A DNA stretch of 64,000 nucleotides from assembly GCF_009914755.1 (NCBI RefSeq), contig NC_060935.1; one strand, 5' to 3'. The translations under genes were made by a program, and so were the position numbers. The notes beneath the pieces were generated by a model. It had not been told where the DNA came from and did no database searches. It saw nothing but the letters and a program-made list of their open reading frames with translations. Source of the stretch: the human T2T-CHM13v2.0 reference genome, Homo sapiens. Each line of letters opens with the position of its first letter. Position 1 is the first letter of the stretch. Positions 13,240 to 26,599 of the stretch are shown here, one piece after another.

Positions 13240-13420
13240 AGCAGGTGAAATGTCAGAAAATAACGAAGGATTGCCAGGATAGAAATCAGAAAAGCTAAAT
13301 GGAAAAATGAGATAAATCTGCTAAAGATACAAATAAATGATATCTTTAAACTCCTTAAATATATCAACAAAAAAAGATAAAGGAAATATGTCTTCTGCAG
13401 GAGATAGAGAAGGGCTCATA
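13240..13420 (+). mobile_element. CR1/L3-type LINE ORF2 relic
   Basis: With frameshifts it reads QKITKDCQDR-IRKAKWKNEINL-KDTNK..KYINKKR, matching the CR1 ORF2 motif CRDKIRKAKAQ.EL.LA.D.K.NKK.FY.YI..KR. Confidence 0.65.
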
Positions 13421-13609
13421 GCTGCTTCTAATAATTCAATTACATTCAAAAATAAACTTATTGAGCATGACTTTTTCCTTTAAACTCAGTTTTTACAAAA
13501 ATAAATGAAATATGAACTTAGAAGGGCAGGCTGTAAACCCTTGAGGATGTGCTTACAGAATCTTATTTTCTTCTATGTTCCCCTGAAAGGGTGGTATTCT
13601 CGATGAAAT

Positions 13610-13770
13610 TCAGCCTCCACATTTTATTGGCTGTATTTCCTTGGGCAAATTCACTTTTCTAAACCTCAGTGTCACAAATTATGACACGGGTGGTAGGAAT
13701 TTAAATGAGATAATGAATATAAAGTGCTTATGTCAGTGCCAGGCATATGGCTAATGCCTAATAAATGATA
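13610..13770 (+). mobile_element. MIR SINE
   Basis: ccttgggcaaatt...cctcagt...ttaaatgagataatg...gtgccaggcata. Confidence 0.8.
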
Positions 13771-14420
13771 AACTGGAGTTTTATTATTTTATTCCATGTA
13801 TTTCTTTATCAATCAATTGGGTTCATTGGACTACAAATCCCTGTAAATCAGGGGCTGTTATTTATTTTTGTATTCTTAGCATGTAACAGAGTGCCTAGTA
13901 CATTGTACCTACTCAGAAAATGCTTGTGCAACAAAACTGCACATTCTGATCATCCATCAGCCTTAAAGGCCTCTATCAATTTCTACCAATCTGCCTAAAT
14001 TTGACTTTCAAGATGCGGCAGAAATAAACATTTTCCCAAAAGCTTTCCATGGACTCCAGTCCACCTACCAAATACAAGCACAGTGAGTTGCCCTGTCTCT
14101 GTATTTCAGTTGTATTTTATTGTTTTCTGCACTACTCCAAACATGAGGACATTGCAATTATTTGTTCATGTGTTCATGTTTTCCCTCCAATTAACTCATC
14201 TTTTTATACTTAGAATTTATACCGTGGCTTGTATGTAGATAACTCTCAGTATATATTGGTTTGATTAATTGTTAATTCATTCATTGATTCATTTAGGGGT
14301 TTATTATTAAAGTTAATTATTATATTTTCTCTTGGGATTCTAAAGACATAAAGAGACAACATAATTTAAGTTGTGATAAAAACATTTACATGCCTGTTTG
14401 GATATGTGTTATCTTGTTAG

Positions 14421-14736
<316 letters not shown>

Positions 14737-16879
14737 AGAAAAGATTTTTTAAAAGAATTATATTTAAATCCCTCAGATAAAACAAGTGTGCCTCTTACCA
14801 TAAAATTGTGAGAACTAGGTTAGATCACTTTCCTAATTTTCTTCCATCACTAATAGTCTTAAATAAGCAATATATTCATTAAATATTTACTACTTGCCCA
14901 GCACAAACTAATATGACGAGTTTTCTTACACAAAGAGTAAAATCACCATGAGTATTACTCTCTCTTCTGCTTTCTGATATTGGTGACAATTTTAACTGTG
15001 CTGTTTTCTGACTAGTAAATATGGCTATGGTCACACCTGTAGTTGCTGGTATTATTTTGTAATTCTTTCATCTTTCATTCGGGTTTATGATCTCTTGTTT
15101 CTATTTGGTTTCAATCATAACTTATAGGTTGATTTTAAATGATGGTCCATCATCTGCTTTGTTAGATATATCTCTGCTGTTCTTTGAGTTAAGGTCTGGT
15201 TTCATTCCTGTTCGTAATTTATTGAATACTGGTACATGATATTATTTGTCACCATTATCTGGAAGTTCAGTGCTATGTTCAGGGGCATATAAAAATGATA
15301 CTCTCAATCTATAAATCATACAGTATTGTCTTAACTTTGGAATAATGTTTTGTTGAATTAGGAAAACAGATGTGACTAAATCATCCATAGCTCAATGAAG
15401 ATCAGATTAAACCCAGGATTGTCAAAGCAGACGTACAAAAGAACAACCATCAGCATAACACTGGTCTTGGGAATTTGAAATACTTTGTCCTTGAATATGG
15501 TATTCAAGGCTGGCTATTTCAATTCTTCTGTTCAATATAAATGGAAATAAAATTTCTTCATATATCACTCCTTATGGCAGTGGCATTTTTACATCTTTTC
15601 TAAAGATCGCATATTCATCTGTATTTGGACTTAGAGCCTGCCAGAAATCTGATTTATGCCAGTTCTTTTGCTTTTCTTCTAATTTAGTTTGAGGAATTAA
15701 AATGAACTTTGCTCTATTTCCCTTGAAGATTATATTTTCAATTCTGGAGGAAAAAATGACCTATTTTATGCTTATGTTCTTTTAATTTATTTTAGTTTTT
15801 TGTAATAATTGACATTAATCAATCTAGTGATAAATAAAATCATTATACAAAAAAAATCATATGAATAATAAATTTTTACTACCAGGACAATATCACAAGT
15901 GTGTTCACAGCACTTTCAAAGCTCTTCCTAAACAAAGGTAAAAGGATCATCATTTGCTTAAACAAACTATGTGTATGCCCAGTATGGATTTATTACACCA
16001 TTCAGTTATAAAGAGAATGAAAATAAATATGGGCCTGGTTTCCACATGTTAAAAAAAAAAATAAAGTAACACAGAAGAAACAAACACTTGGGAAAAAAAA
16101 GAAAAATAATATGTCATTTTATTTCACCTTTCTTATTTAGATTGGACATCAAGAAAAGTCTATGGTAATGTGAACTCCATTACCTGCAAGGAAAATTAGA
16201 GAAATTAAAATGAATTCAGATATTTTTATCATTAACAGTTTAAAATAAAATATATACTTACTTAAATATGTATGTTTACATATATGTAATATAATAGATA
16301 TTTTAACTAAAACATACACTCCAGGTATAAATACAGAATTCTATGGCATATAAAAGATTTAAGGTAAAGACAAGGATGTGTTTTTATATTTTACTAAAGA
16401 AAGATGTTTTCCATTATCCATTTCTCTTTTATATGTAAATCATTCTTCCATCACATGTGTCAAATAGTGTTGCACAAAATAAAATGTAAATATCAATTTT
16501 AATATTCAGGCTGTTTTACCCATATAGGAGGCTTATAATGTGAAATTCCTACTGTGAACCAATAATTCAAAGAGTTTCAAATATAAATTTATTTCAAATT
16601 GGAAACATACCAGAAACTATTTATTCAACTATTAATTCAATTTAAAATGTATCTACTGAACACTAGCTATGGGCCAGGTGCTATGCTAAATATAGGAACT
16701 CTCATGGGGAAGAAAGCAAGAAATTACACAATAAATAAATTCTAATTTAAATACCTAGATGATAAATGAAAGGATGACATTCATTTTTATCTGATTAAAT
16801 AGCTATCTCAAATTATCCATGTAACATTATCTAAATAAAATCTCAGGGAAGTTGGTGACTGTGTGTGTATGTGTATCAA

Positions 16880-17060
16880 GTGTCCTGGAGTAAAAATCAC
16901 AAAACCTGGAATCTAGTCACTTATTGAGAACTTGGGCAAGTCAGTTTATCACTATGAGCTTCAGTTCTGCTGGTAAATTGCCATACATTATCAGGCCGGT
17001 ATGGAAAATGCAATTAGGATATGATTAATTGAAATACATTATAAAAAGTACTTTAACAAA
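16880..17060 (+). mobile_element. MIR SINE
   Basis: cttgggcaagtcagttt...gagcttcagtt. Confidence 0.6.
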
Positions 17061-17554
17061 ATTATGCAAAAGATGATGTGGGAGCAAAGAGAGTAAAGCA
17101 TTACCCATATTTCTTAATCATTCTGCCCACAGTGTAAAGGGTGGTTTTGAGAGAACTGGGAAGACAGCCAGGGATACCAGTCAAAATGATGGAAATATCT
17201 AGGTGAGTCCCTAAATATTGACACTGGCGATGAACTTGAAGAATAAAAAACTGACTTGAGAGATATTGGAAAGATAGAATTAACAGAACTTAGTTGACAA
17301 AATAGATGACGGAAAGGGAAATGAAGGACAGAGAGTCATCTGGATTCAACTTGGGTTAGGGTGCCACTCATTAAGATAGAAACATGAAAGAGAATAAAAT
17401 AAGGGAGATGAGAAAATGAGCAGGTTAAGAAGAGTTGATTTAAGGGTACTTTTAAAAATCCAACTTGAAATGTTCTGTAGGCAAGTGGATATATAGTCCT
17501 GGCACTAAGGAAAAAAAAAAAATGAACTGATACCAAACATTTTTGAGTTAACAT

Positions 17555-20500
17555 TCACTGATTCAATAAATACTCATGGAGTACCTACTATGTACTAGGC
17601 GCTTTTCTAGGTACCGGGAACTCAGCAATGAACAAAACAAAGTCTCTGCCTTAAATAATTTGTATTGTATCAGGGAAAGTCAGATGACATTTTTGTAAAG
17701 AATGTGATTTGTCAGATTGTGTTAAGTGCAATGGAGAAAAAAATAAATGGGTAAATGGAATAGAATGCCAAAAAATAGGAATTAGGATTTTGGCTTCATA
17801 TAATACAATCAGAAAAGGCCTATTCATTTAAGAAACAGCAAACAGATTACTATGGCTGATGATGATTGAGTGATGGGGAGAGCGGTAGGTGATGTGGTTA
17901 CAGAGCTCGTAGGAGGACAGAATGTGTGAGGTCTTACGGTCACTGAAGGACTTTGATTTTTCACTTTGAGTGATATAGAAGCCTTTCAAGTGTTGAGGAG
18001 GGGATCATGATATGACTTATTCTCTACTGGATTGCTATGACTACTGGGTGAAGAATGAACTGAAGGAGCATAATGGCAGAAGCAGAAGGACAGGTTAGAA
18101 TGCTATTGTACAAATTTTAGGCAAGAAATAAGGGTGGCTTGAACCACAATGCTTGGTAGTAGAGATGATGAGAAGTGATATCTTTCTAGACGTATTTGGA
18201 AGGTAGAAATGACAGGATTTTCTAGTTGACTGGAGTTTGAGTGTATGGGAAAGAAAGGAATGCAAGATGATTCTAGAATTTTTGACCTGAGGAATTGAAA
18301 CAACTAAAAGAATAAAATTAGTCCTTATTGATGGAACCATTTGCAGAAAAAAGTAGATCTGGATGACTGAAGAATTTAAGTGAGAACCTAATATAAATAA
18401 GAATATTTGAAGACAGTTAAATATATACATTGGTAGCAGGAGATGTAGTCACAGGGCAGAGATATGGCATAATCACCATATAGATTATAATTAAAGCCCC
18501 GGTTTAGCTCACCATGGAATTTGTGCTAGTGAAAGAAATTGTAGAAGTACCACACTTCAAAATTTGAAGTCTTTGGAAATAAAAATATCAGAAAAAGAAA
18601 CTGATTTACATAGTCATTTAGATAGAAGAAAACAAAACAGAAGTCAAGAGCAGAAAGTATTTCAAGGAGAAGAAAAGAATCCCTTGTGCCAAATGGTGCT
18701 GATATGTCAAGTAAAGATGAGGACACAGTTTTGACCATAGCATTTTAGTAACATAGAATTCAGTGGTAACCTTGACAGGAGCAGGCGCAGTAAGCCAGGG
18801 ACAAAAGTCTCATTAGGGCAGTTTCAAGAAATCATAGGATAATGGCCAGGTGTGGTGGCTCACGCCTGTAATCCCATCACTTTGGGAGGCCAAGGTGGGC
18901 AGATCACTTGAGGTCAGGAGTTCATGATCAGCCTGGCCAACATGGCAAAACCCTATCTCTACTGAAAATACAAAAATTAGCCGGGTGTGATGGCACATAC
19001 CTGTAACCCCAGCTACTCGGGAGGCTGAGGCAGGAGAATCACTTGAACCTGGGAGGTGGAGGCTGCGGTGAGCTGAGATTAGCCTGGGCGACAAGAGTGA
19101 GACTCTGTGTCCAAAAAAAGAAAAAAAGAAGAAAGAAAATAATAGGTTAATATTTAGAGAAAGCAAGTTGTAGACTCATAAAGAAGAGAAGAAACTGATG
19201 GCTAAGAATATAATCCCTGGTGCAATGCTCTCAAGTATGGAATGGCTGACAAATCCTAGCGCACAGTAGAAAGGTTAGCCCAGCAGGGTGTCATGATAAG
19301 TTATCAAGAGAAAGAGAGGAAGTAGAGTAGAAACAAGGGCATCCCTTAACAGTGAAGAGGGGAAGAGATAGAAAGTTTGAGCCAAAAGAAGTTGGTGTGA
19401 AATAATTGCCTGAAAGAGCAGAAGAATAAATAAACCAGTGATCTCCAGGCAGTATTAGGAGCTTACTTGAGTTAGTGCTCATGAATTTTAAAAGAAATAT
19501 GCCAACATGGCTTTGTATTTTTCTCCAGCTGTGTTTAACTGTATGGGTGCAGGCATAGAGGAGGTGGAGAGTTCAATTTAAAATAGAACTTCAGGTTTTA
19601 CCAAGTGAGTATGATAAATGTAAAGAGGGGGAAGTAAAAGAGGCAAGAACATAGGAAGAAGTGGTTATGATAACTCATCATGGAATTTAAGCTAGATAAA
19701 TAGATGGCAAAGGACAGTGAGATTAATGAATTGTTGGTCTTGATGAGATTAAAGGCTTGTTGGAGTTAGGGTACAGAAAAGGGTGAACTAGAAGGATGGA
19801 GTTGAAGTTCAAGAGTAGGATATTTGCAATTGAGATTATCAGGGGGTTTTAATTACTAGTAAAGGAAAGGCCAAAGGCCTGACCAGAGGCGTGAAGAGCC
19901 GAGATGAGTTAGAGGACAGAGGAGGGTAAGAAACTGAGAAGCCAGAGAAGTAGAATAATTATCTGGGATATTAAAATCACCAAGAATTAAGACAGATAGA
20001 GTGTTAGAATGAAAAACGGCAAGCTAGGAGCTAAAATTTTCAAGGAATGAAAGTGATTAGGAAGAAGGTTACTATATAATTCTAACACAAAGTGTCAGTT
20101 GGGGCTATGACCTGGTGATGTAAGAGTCAAAGTTGAATATTTTTAGTGAACAGGAAATGAGATGTTCTGGAAAGGGCAGTGAGAAGCAAGAAAGTCCCCC
20201 ATCCTTCAGCTGCCATCCTTATGGGCATGAGCGTTGTACAGAAATAATGTTCACATCAAAGGGCTAACAGGGAAGTATTGTCGGCAGGAAAAATCCAGGT
20301 TTCCATTGGAACAAAATGGTCGAGGAAAAATTGAAAGTTTGCAAATATGACAGTATGGTGATGACTGAAGCTTCATTTCCATAGGGCACGTGGTTGGGGG
20401 GAGGCATGTTAAAGTTGGAGAGGGGTAGAATTCGGAGTCTAAAAAGGCAATACATACAGCCATGTGGGGATTAAAGTCTAGGGAATGAAAGACGACTTGG

Positions 20501-20560
20501 GAGTCTTGCAGTTATTGTGATTTCAAGGAGCAGGGAACAGGGAAAAATGAAATTAGCCCA
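17555..20560 (-). mobile_element. Long L2 LINE with reverse-transcriptase remnants, interrupted by AluS
   Basis: Tail cattcactgattcaataaatactc...tactatgtactaggc; ORF 18526..18738 LLDISAPFGTRDSFLLLEILSALDF corresponds to RT motif LLDLSAAFDTVDH; ORF 18095..18430 contains QVKNSRIILHSFLS...RKSCHFYL. Confidence 0.85.
18844..19135 (+). mobile_element. AluS SINE with a short right-arm deletion
   Basis: ggccaggtgtggtggctcacgcc... A-rich tail; the gccactgcactcc segment is missing; degenerate TSD. Confidence 0.93.
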
Positions 20561-21059
20561 ATCCTGAGGGTTCCAAGGCAGAAAGTGTTGACGAGACTGC
20601 TTGTTTTGGAAACAGTGAGGGGTGGGGTGCCCTTTGAGGAACACACGAACAGTTGGGACTTCCTAACTTCTGCTTTGTGGCTAGCAGAAGGACAATCCTG
20701 AGCACAGGGGTGTTCTTTTGACCTCTCTTAATAGTGGCTTGCAGAAGGAGAGGTATTTAGCACATTCTCAGAAGAGAGAATAACAACTTACCTCTATTTA
20801 GTCCCTAATGCATTTTGTTATAATTTTGTAGCAGTCTTCTCAGAGTGAAAACATCTTGAAAACCTAGGAATATTAATTTTGTTTCCCAGTGCTTGTCAAA
20901 GTATTTGGTACAGAGTATCCTCTAAGTCAACATTTGTTATAGAAATGAATAAAATAGCGTAAGAAATCCTAACCTGACAGGGTTATTCAAGTGATTTAAC
21001 TGGTGATTAAGTTAGGTAGCATATGTGTAATTTATGGTAAGCTGAAAATTCTTATATAT

Positions 21060-21674
21060 TATGATGGGTAATTTGAGGTGTCAATTTGACTGGATTAAAG
21101 GATACCTTGAAAGCCAGTAAAGCATTATGTCTAGGTGTGTCTGTGAGGGTGTTTCTGGGAGAGATTTGTGTGTGAGTTGGTGGGCTGACAGGAAAGAGCT
21201 GCCCTCAATGTGGATGGGTACCATTCAATTGGCTGGGGTCCTGGATAGAACAAAAAAGCAGAGAGGAAAGGCAAGTTTACTCTCTCTTTCCTGGAGCTGG
21301 GACACCCTTTGTCTCTTGCCCTTGGACATCAGAACGCCAGGCTCTCTGGCCTTTGGACTTCAGTAGACCCCCAAGTTCTCAGGCTTTCCCCTCAGACGGA
21401 GAATTACACTATCACCTTCCCTTCCCTGGTTCTGGGACTTTCAGACTTGAACTGAGCCTCACTACCAGCATTTCTGGGTCACCAGCTTGCAGATGGCCTA
21501 TCTTGGGACTTGTCAGCCTCCATAATGGCATAAGCCAATTCTCCTAATAAATTCCCTCTCACACTTCTATGTTATCCGTCTGTCTGTCTGTCTGCCTATC
21601 TGTCTATCTGTTGATCTCTCTTCTATCTTTCTCTCCTGTTGGTTCTTTGTCTCTGGAGAACTCTGACTAATACA
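21060..21674 (+). mobile_element. ERVL solo LTR, MLT2B-like
   Basis: tgtcaatttgactggattaaaggata ... ctctggagaactctgactaataca. Confidence 0.88.
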
Positions 21675-21677
21675 TAT

Positions 21678-22413
21678 GTAGATTGAGCATCCCTAATCTG
21701 AAAATCCAAACATACTAACTGCTCCAAAACCCAAAATTTTTGAGCTTCTATATGAAACTACAAATAGAAAATTTCGCACTTGACTTCATGTGACAGGTTG
21801 CAATCAAAATGCAGGTGCACAACATAATTTATTCAGTGTCTCCAAGCGGTTACTGTATCAAGTAACCTTTTAATCAAAACACAGCATCCTAGGTGTAGAC
21901 AGAAAGCTTGGCATTTTTTGCTGTTGCTGTTGTTAACAGCTGACACAGATATTCCTGGGATGCTACTGTGTTTCTTGGTTACCCTGAACACATTATTTTT
22001 TCACTGCATTAATGATGTCATTTTTTTTTTTACTGTAAAGTACTTATATGTGAATAAGTTCAGGAAAGTGATTACATATTAGTAGAATATAAATTCAAAC
22101 TGAGTAATTATTATGGTGATGCCAAACAACCACAGATTGTCCACGTGGATGGCTGAGAAAATGACACCTTTGCTTTCTGGTGGTTGACTGTACCTAAACC
22201 TTGTTTCATGCACCAAATTATTTAAAATCTTGTATAAAATTATCTTCAGGCTATGTGTACATGTATGAAACATAAATGAATTTTGTGTTTAGACTTGGGT
22301 CTCCCAAAATATTTCAGTATTTATATACAAATATTCCAAAATCTGAAAAAATTCAAAATCTGCAACACTACTGGTCTCAAGCATCTTGGATAAGCCAAGG
22401 GCTACTCAACTTG
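21678..22413 (+). mobile_element. Tigger4 (Zombi/MER46) internally deleted DNA transposon
   Basis: TIR-like ends ttgagcatccctaatctgaaaatcc and gggctactcaacttg; internal ttgtttcatgcaccaaattatttaaaa. Confidence 0.85.
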
Positions 22414-23419
22414 AACATACAATGTAATATGTGTGAATCATTTCATCCTAGTTTTATGTTTTTTTTCTAGTCATGTTTGAAAATGTATCTGTAACATTGA
22501 ACCAAGCTTCATTGACGACATCTATAAGGAAACATTACTTTCCTCTCCCTTATTATCTCAGTATTAAACACATTTGGTGAGTATTCTAATTGTTAAAGCC
22601 AGCTGGAGCCTGAAAACTGTAAATGCCAGTCCCTGAGTAGGAGGTAGGATCTTCCTACTAGTCAACTCTAGCCATTGACAAACATGAACTAAACTCAGAA
22701 AAATGAGACTCGCTGGGCAAAACCTAGTTATACTAGGAAAGAGAACAGATCTCTTTTTCTCTTGGGTCAGATTTTAAAGACTCCACCTGTGCAGGTCTGC
22801 AGTCACTCCTGGACAGAATGGCAATGTGCAGCTGGACCAGTTCCGGGAAAAAAGGAAGGAGATTCCAAGGGAAGGGGAGGGCAATGTTTATGAACTACAG
22901 AGTTTAAGCTATACTCCTCTATGCCAGATTGTTAGTAATATGGTACCCACTCTATTTATGTATTCCACTTTTGTCTTTAAAAAATTTAGAGCCAGTGTGG
23001 CAAATAAAATTTAGGGAAGGTCAGGTTCATCTATGCATGAGTCAGAGCTTTCACGGGAAAGGGACCTGATGTAGCCAGAGGGATGCTAGCAGAAGGCATT
23101 GGTAGGGAGAGATCAGGTGGTGTGATTTGAGCTTTTTTCCTCCTCAAGGCATGATCTCAACTTGTAAACAGTCCAAAGGTTTTTATTATCCAGATGATTC
23201 TCATTTTAGTGCTTACCTTGTATATTTCTGGTTTTCTCGCATTAAGGAAAATGGCATTTTCTTACATCATTCTCTGTAATGATTCTCTATAACAATTCCT
23301 ATTAACATTTAAAAACAACATTATTTCTAAATGAACAATTCAAGCTCAATCATGACTATCAAATTTTACTAAAATTTGGTAGTTTAGTATCTGCTTCGAT
23401 CCATGTTTCATAAACCAAT

Positions 23420-23940
23420 TCAATATAATGTTAATGTGTTCTGAAGAAACAAATGAGTTTCATGGTTAAACAAGTTTTTTTATTTTATTTTTTTATTTTA
23501 TATTCAGTGGGTACATGTGCAGATTTGTTATGTAGATTTATTGTATAGTGCTGGGGTTTCGGCTTCTATTGAAACCCATCACTGAAATAATAAACATAGT
23601 ACCCCATAGGTAGTTTTTCAAGCCTTTCTCTCCTGCTTTCCTTCCACTTTTTGGAGTCCCAAGTGCTTACTGTTTCCATCTTTATGTCTGTGTGTACCCA
23701 CTCTTTTGCTCCCACCTACGAGAACATGTGGTATTTGATTTTCTAGATTAAATAAGTTTTAAAACACTGGATTAAACAGTTAAACAGACTTAGACCTTCT
23801 TGGCGCATTCAATATATGCATTTGCTCTGACTCTGAAAGGAGATACAGCATAAACTTCTAATGCTTATTTAATCTCAGAAACTCCTTTACTGGAGTACCT
23901 GTTGCCAACCTAGATGTCATCCACAAAATATAATTGGGAA
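23420..23940. mobile_element. Old hAT-Charlie-type MER, split by an L1 fragment
   Basis: ggttaaacaagtttt|aaaacactggattaaacagttaaacag resembles a remembered hAT MER consensus; family uncertain. Confidence 0.4.
23475..23745 (-). mobile_element. 5'-truncated L1 3' UTR (L1PA16/L1PB-like)
   Basis: Poly-T followed by gggtacatgtgcagatttgtta; TSD ttaaacaagtttt / ttaaataagtttt. Confidence 0.85.
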
Positions 23941-24002
23941 ATTCTAATCTAGGTGATTAAATTATGCTTTCTTTTCTTCAGCCTATTGGAGTGAGGAATT
24001 TT

Positions 24003-24023
24003 TTTTTTTTTTGAGACTGAGTC
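24003..24023 (-). mobile_element. Extremely 5'-truncated Alu (last ~11 nt plus polyA)
   Basis: Minus strand reads GACTCAGTCTC(A)n between perfect 16-bp TSDs tggagtgaggaatttt at 23987-24002 and 24024-24039. Confidence 0.8.
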
Positions 24024-24329
24024 TGGAGTGAGGAATTTTAAGGGAACATTATTCTTGTATTTCATAATAAAGCCCTGTACTTGGTTATAATGTTAAAAAA
24101 TTGATTATTCTTCAGAATTCAGTGTGCTAGTTTCCTTCCTTCTTTCCTTCCTTCCTCTTTTTCTTTCATTTCTCTATCATCTGTCTCCGAGATTGATGCA
24201 TACCTTCCTCTTTCATACTGTCTTTCTCAAGTTTAGGTGTCAAGTTTATGGTACCGACTTCACATAATAAATTAGAGACCTTTCCATTGGGGTCATATCT
24301 TTAAATTCTGTCTTTTTTAACTAGATTCA

Positions 24330-24525
24330 ATAGGTCTTTAAACTCTATTAACTACCTGTGTGATTATGAGAAAGTCACTTCTTGATGTCTCATTTTTGAT
24401 ATATGTAAAACTCAGGATAATCATACCTACTTTGTAGAGTTCTTGGGAAGAGTAGACAAAATTACGCCGCTAAATCACTTAGCACATAAAATGACATTTA
24501 ACACCAAACGAGTATTAGCTACTGT
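24330..24525 (+). mobile_element. MIR SINE
   Basis: ctgtgtga...aagtcactt...tgtaaaa...gataatcatacctac. Confidence 0.7.
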
Positions 24526-26184
24526 CGTTACCATTCTGGATAGCATACAGCTGGTTTCTTCCACCAACCACCAATTATATATGTCTTTATTGAAGTCATG
24601 TTTTTGGTGTGCACTGGTTTGGTATTTTCAGACCTCTAACCCATTTGCTGCTCATTGATCACTAATCTCTTGGCTCTGCAAATGATGATGGGTTTAAATT
24701 TCTGATGAGTGACTCTTACGTAGGTAGGTGTTACACATTTGCAACATGTCTGAACACACGGTTTGTATTTAAATGGAAACTGGGACTTGACAGGAGCCTC
24801 TGGGGAATCATCACTACCTAATAGGTTTCCTTAATGACCAGTCAATTAAGAACTTGTATTTGCAAAGTGCTTTGCCATCATTGTTTTTCTTTCAATTCTC
24901 TGAGCCATTACTATCATCTTACTGATGAAACAGAGATACAGGAAGGCTTATTGACTTGCTTTTGGCTACATGGCCTGAAATTCCAGGGACTCTAGGGATT
25001 TAGGTCTCAAAAATCCTGCAGTTCTAAGCAAACAGGGTTAGGCTTTCTCAATAGACTCACTCAAGAGACAGAGAACTAAATGTAGCCTGCTCACAAACCA
25101 TGAGAGGACTTAAGGGCTTTTGGTCTGTAAAAGAGTTCTGTGATCGTCCCCAAATCACTCCATTAATAGCCGTTCTCTAACAGTCATGATTTGCTCATTA
25201 AATTATTCACCAGTATTAGAATCAGATACCATGGAATAGAGAAGTTTTATCTTAATGTGTGAGATATTTCAGGATGAGTGTTACAAGACTTAATTCTTAA
25301 GTAAAAAGCGAGACATTCCCTTTAGCTTCTCTGTAAATGTAGTAAATACCGCTGTATAAATATAAGCATGGGCTCTTTGTAGCCTGCAAAGCAGATTTTG
25401 TGTTTTATGTGAGGGAAATAACAATCAGTAATACTTAGGGTTTTGAATTCAGGGTTTGATTAAGGGTGACTGTATTACAATTTTTCTCATCTAAATAGTG
25501 TTCATTAAATATTAGAAGAAAAGAGCTCAAAATGTAGGCAGTGATTATGTCTAAATGTTGGAATCATACAAGATCTTTACTTTCTTCCGTACACATTTTT
25601 ACAATTGTCATATATATTATAATGAATTGCCATTACTTTTATATTTTCTAATCAGGAGTACACACACACAAAATTTAAATACCCTTTGTGTTTTTATAAC
25701 ATTAGATCTATGATTTTTATTATAAGGAGGGCTGAGAGTATAATTACAGAAACAGCCTGTTAGCTTCTCTTAAGAAACATTCTCTCATTATTTCAAGTTT
25801 TGTTTTCCCTTGGATCTCAGCTTTTTAGTGACAAATGAAATAAGTATTATGTCAGTTTGTAACAAATTATTCATTTCAAAATAAGAACTCCACAGAACGT
25901 TTAATTACTATTCTCAGCGAGTAGATCATATTCACTGTTGAAAATATGATATAGTTAGAATCTTCTGTTTGGGCATTTTATACACAAGATAAATTCATTT
26001 TTTCCTAATAATTTTTACCTTTAAGCTAATGTAAAGGGATATAAATGATTAGGCAAGGTGACTTTTAAATGTTGTGAACAATGCATGAACATCTTTAAGT
26101 ATACATATTAGTAGAAATTTATTGTGTCAGCTCTTTGTAATATATTTCACTAAGCAATGCAAAATAAAATAAAAGATACAGTCT

Positions 26185-26520
26185 CCATTTTCATCATTGC
26201 CTATAATCTAAGCCCTCCTCATATTTTGCATAGGCTATTTCAGTAACCTCCTAAATGATCTCTTTGCTAGCATAATCCTCTGTTTCACATGTAAACGTGA
26301 TCATGTCTTTTATAGTCTCCTCATGCCTCTTTCTCTACAGGATAAAGTCCATACTCTTTAGCATGGCAAACAAGGTCTCTGCAACCTGGTTTCATCTTTC
26401 TGTTACCTTCTGCCAGCCCACCTCAAATTTACTCTGGAATAAGGTTGGGCTGCTGAAGTCCCCTGAGACTCCAGGCAGGGTCCCATCTCTGTGCAGCTGG
26501 CTTATACTATTTTCTCTCCA
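26185..26520 (+). mobile_element. L2 LINE relic
   Basis: cagtaacctcctaaatgatctc ... caggataaagtccatactctttagcatggc. Confidence 0.7.
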
Positions 26521-26599
26521 TTGAATTTCACGCATTCATAGGGGAAAGGAATGAGCTCTTCCGTCTGGTCTTTTTATCTCCCTTCTTCAGAAGAGGAGT

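Noticed and set aside
15391-15540. 49 open codons after catccatag (LNEDQIKPRIVKADV...)
   Set aside because: Poor polypyrimidine tract, weak donor, unrecognised peptide
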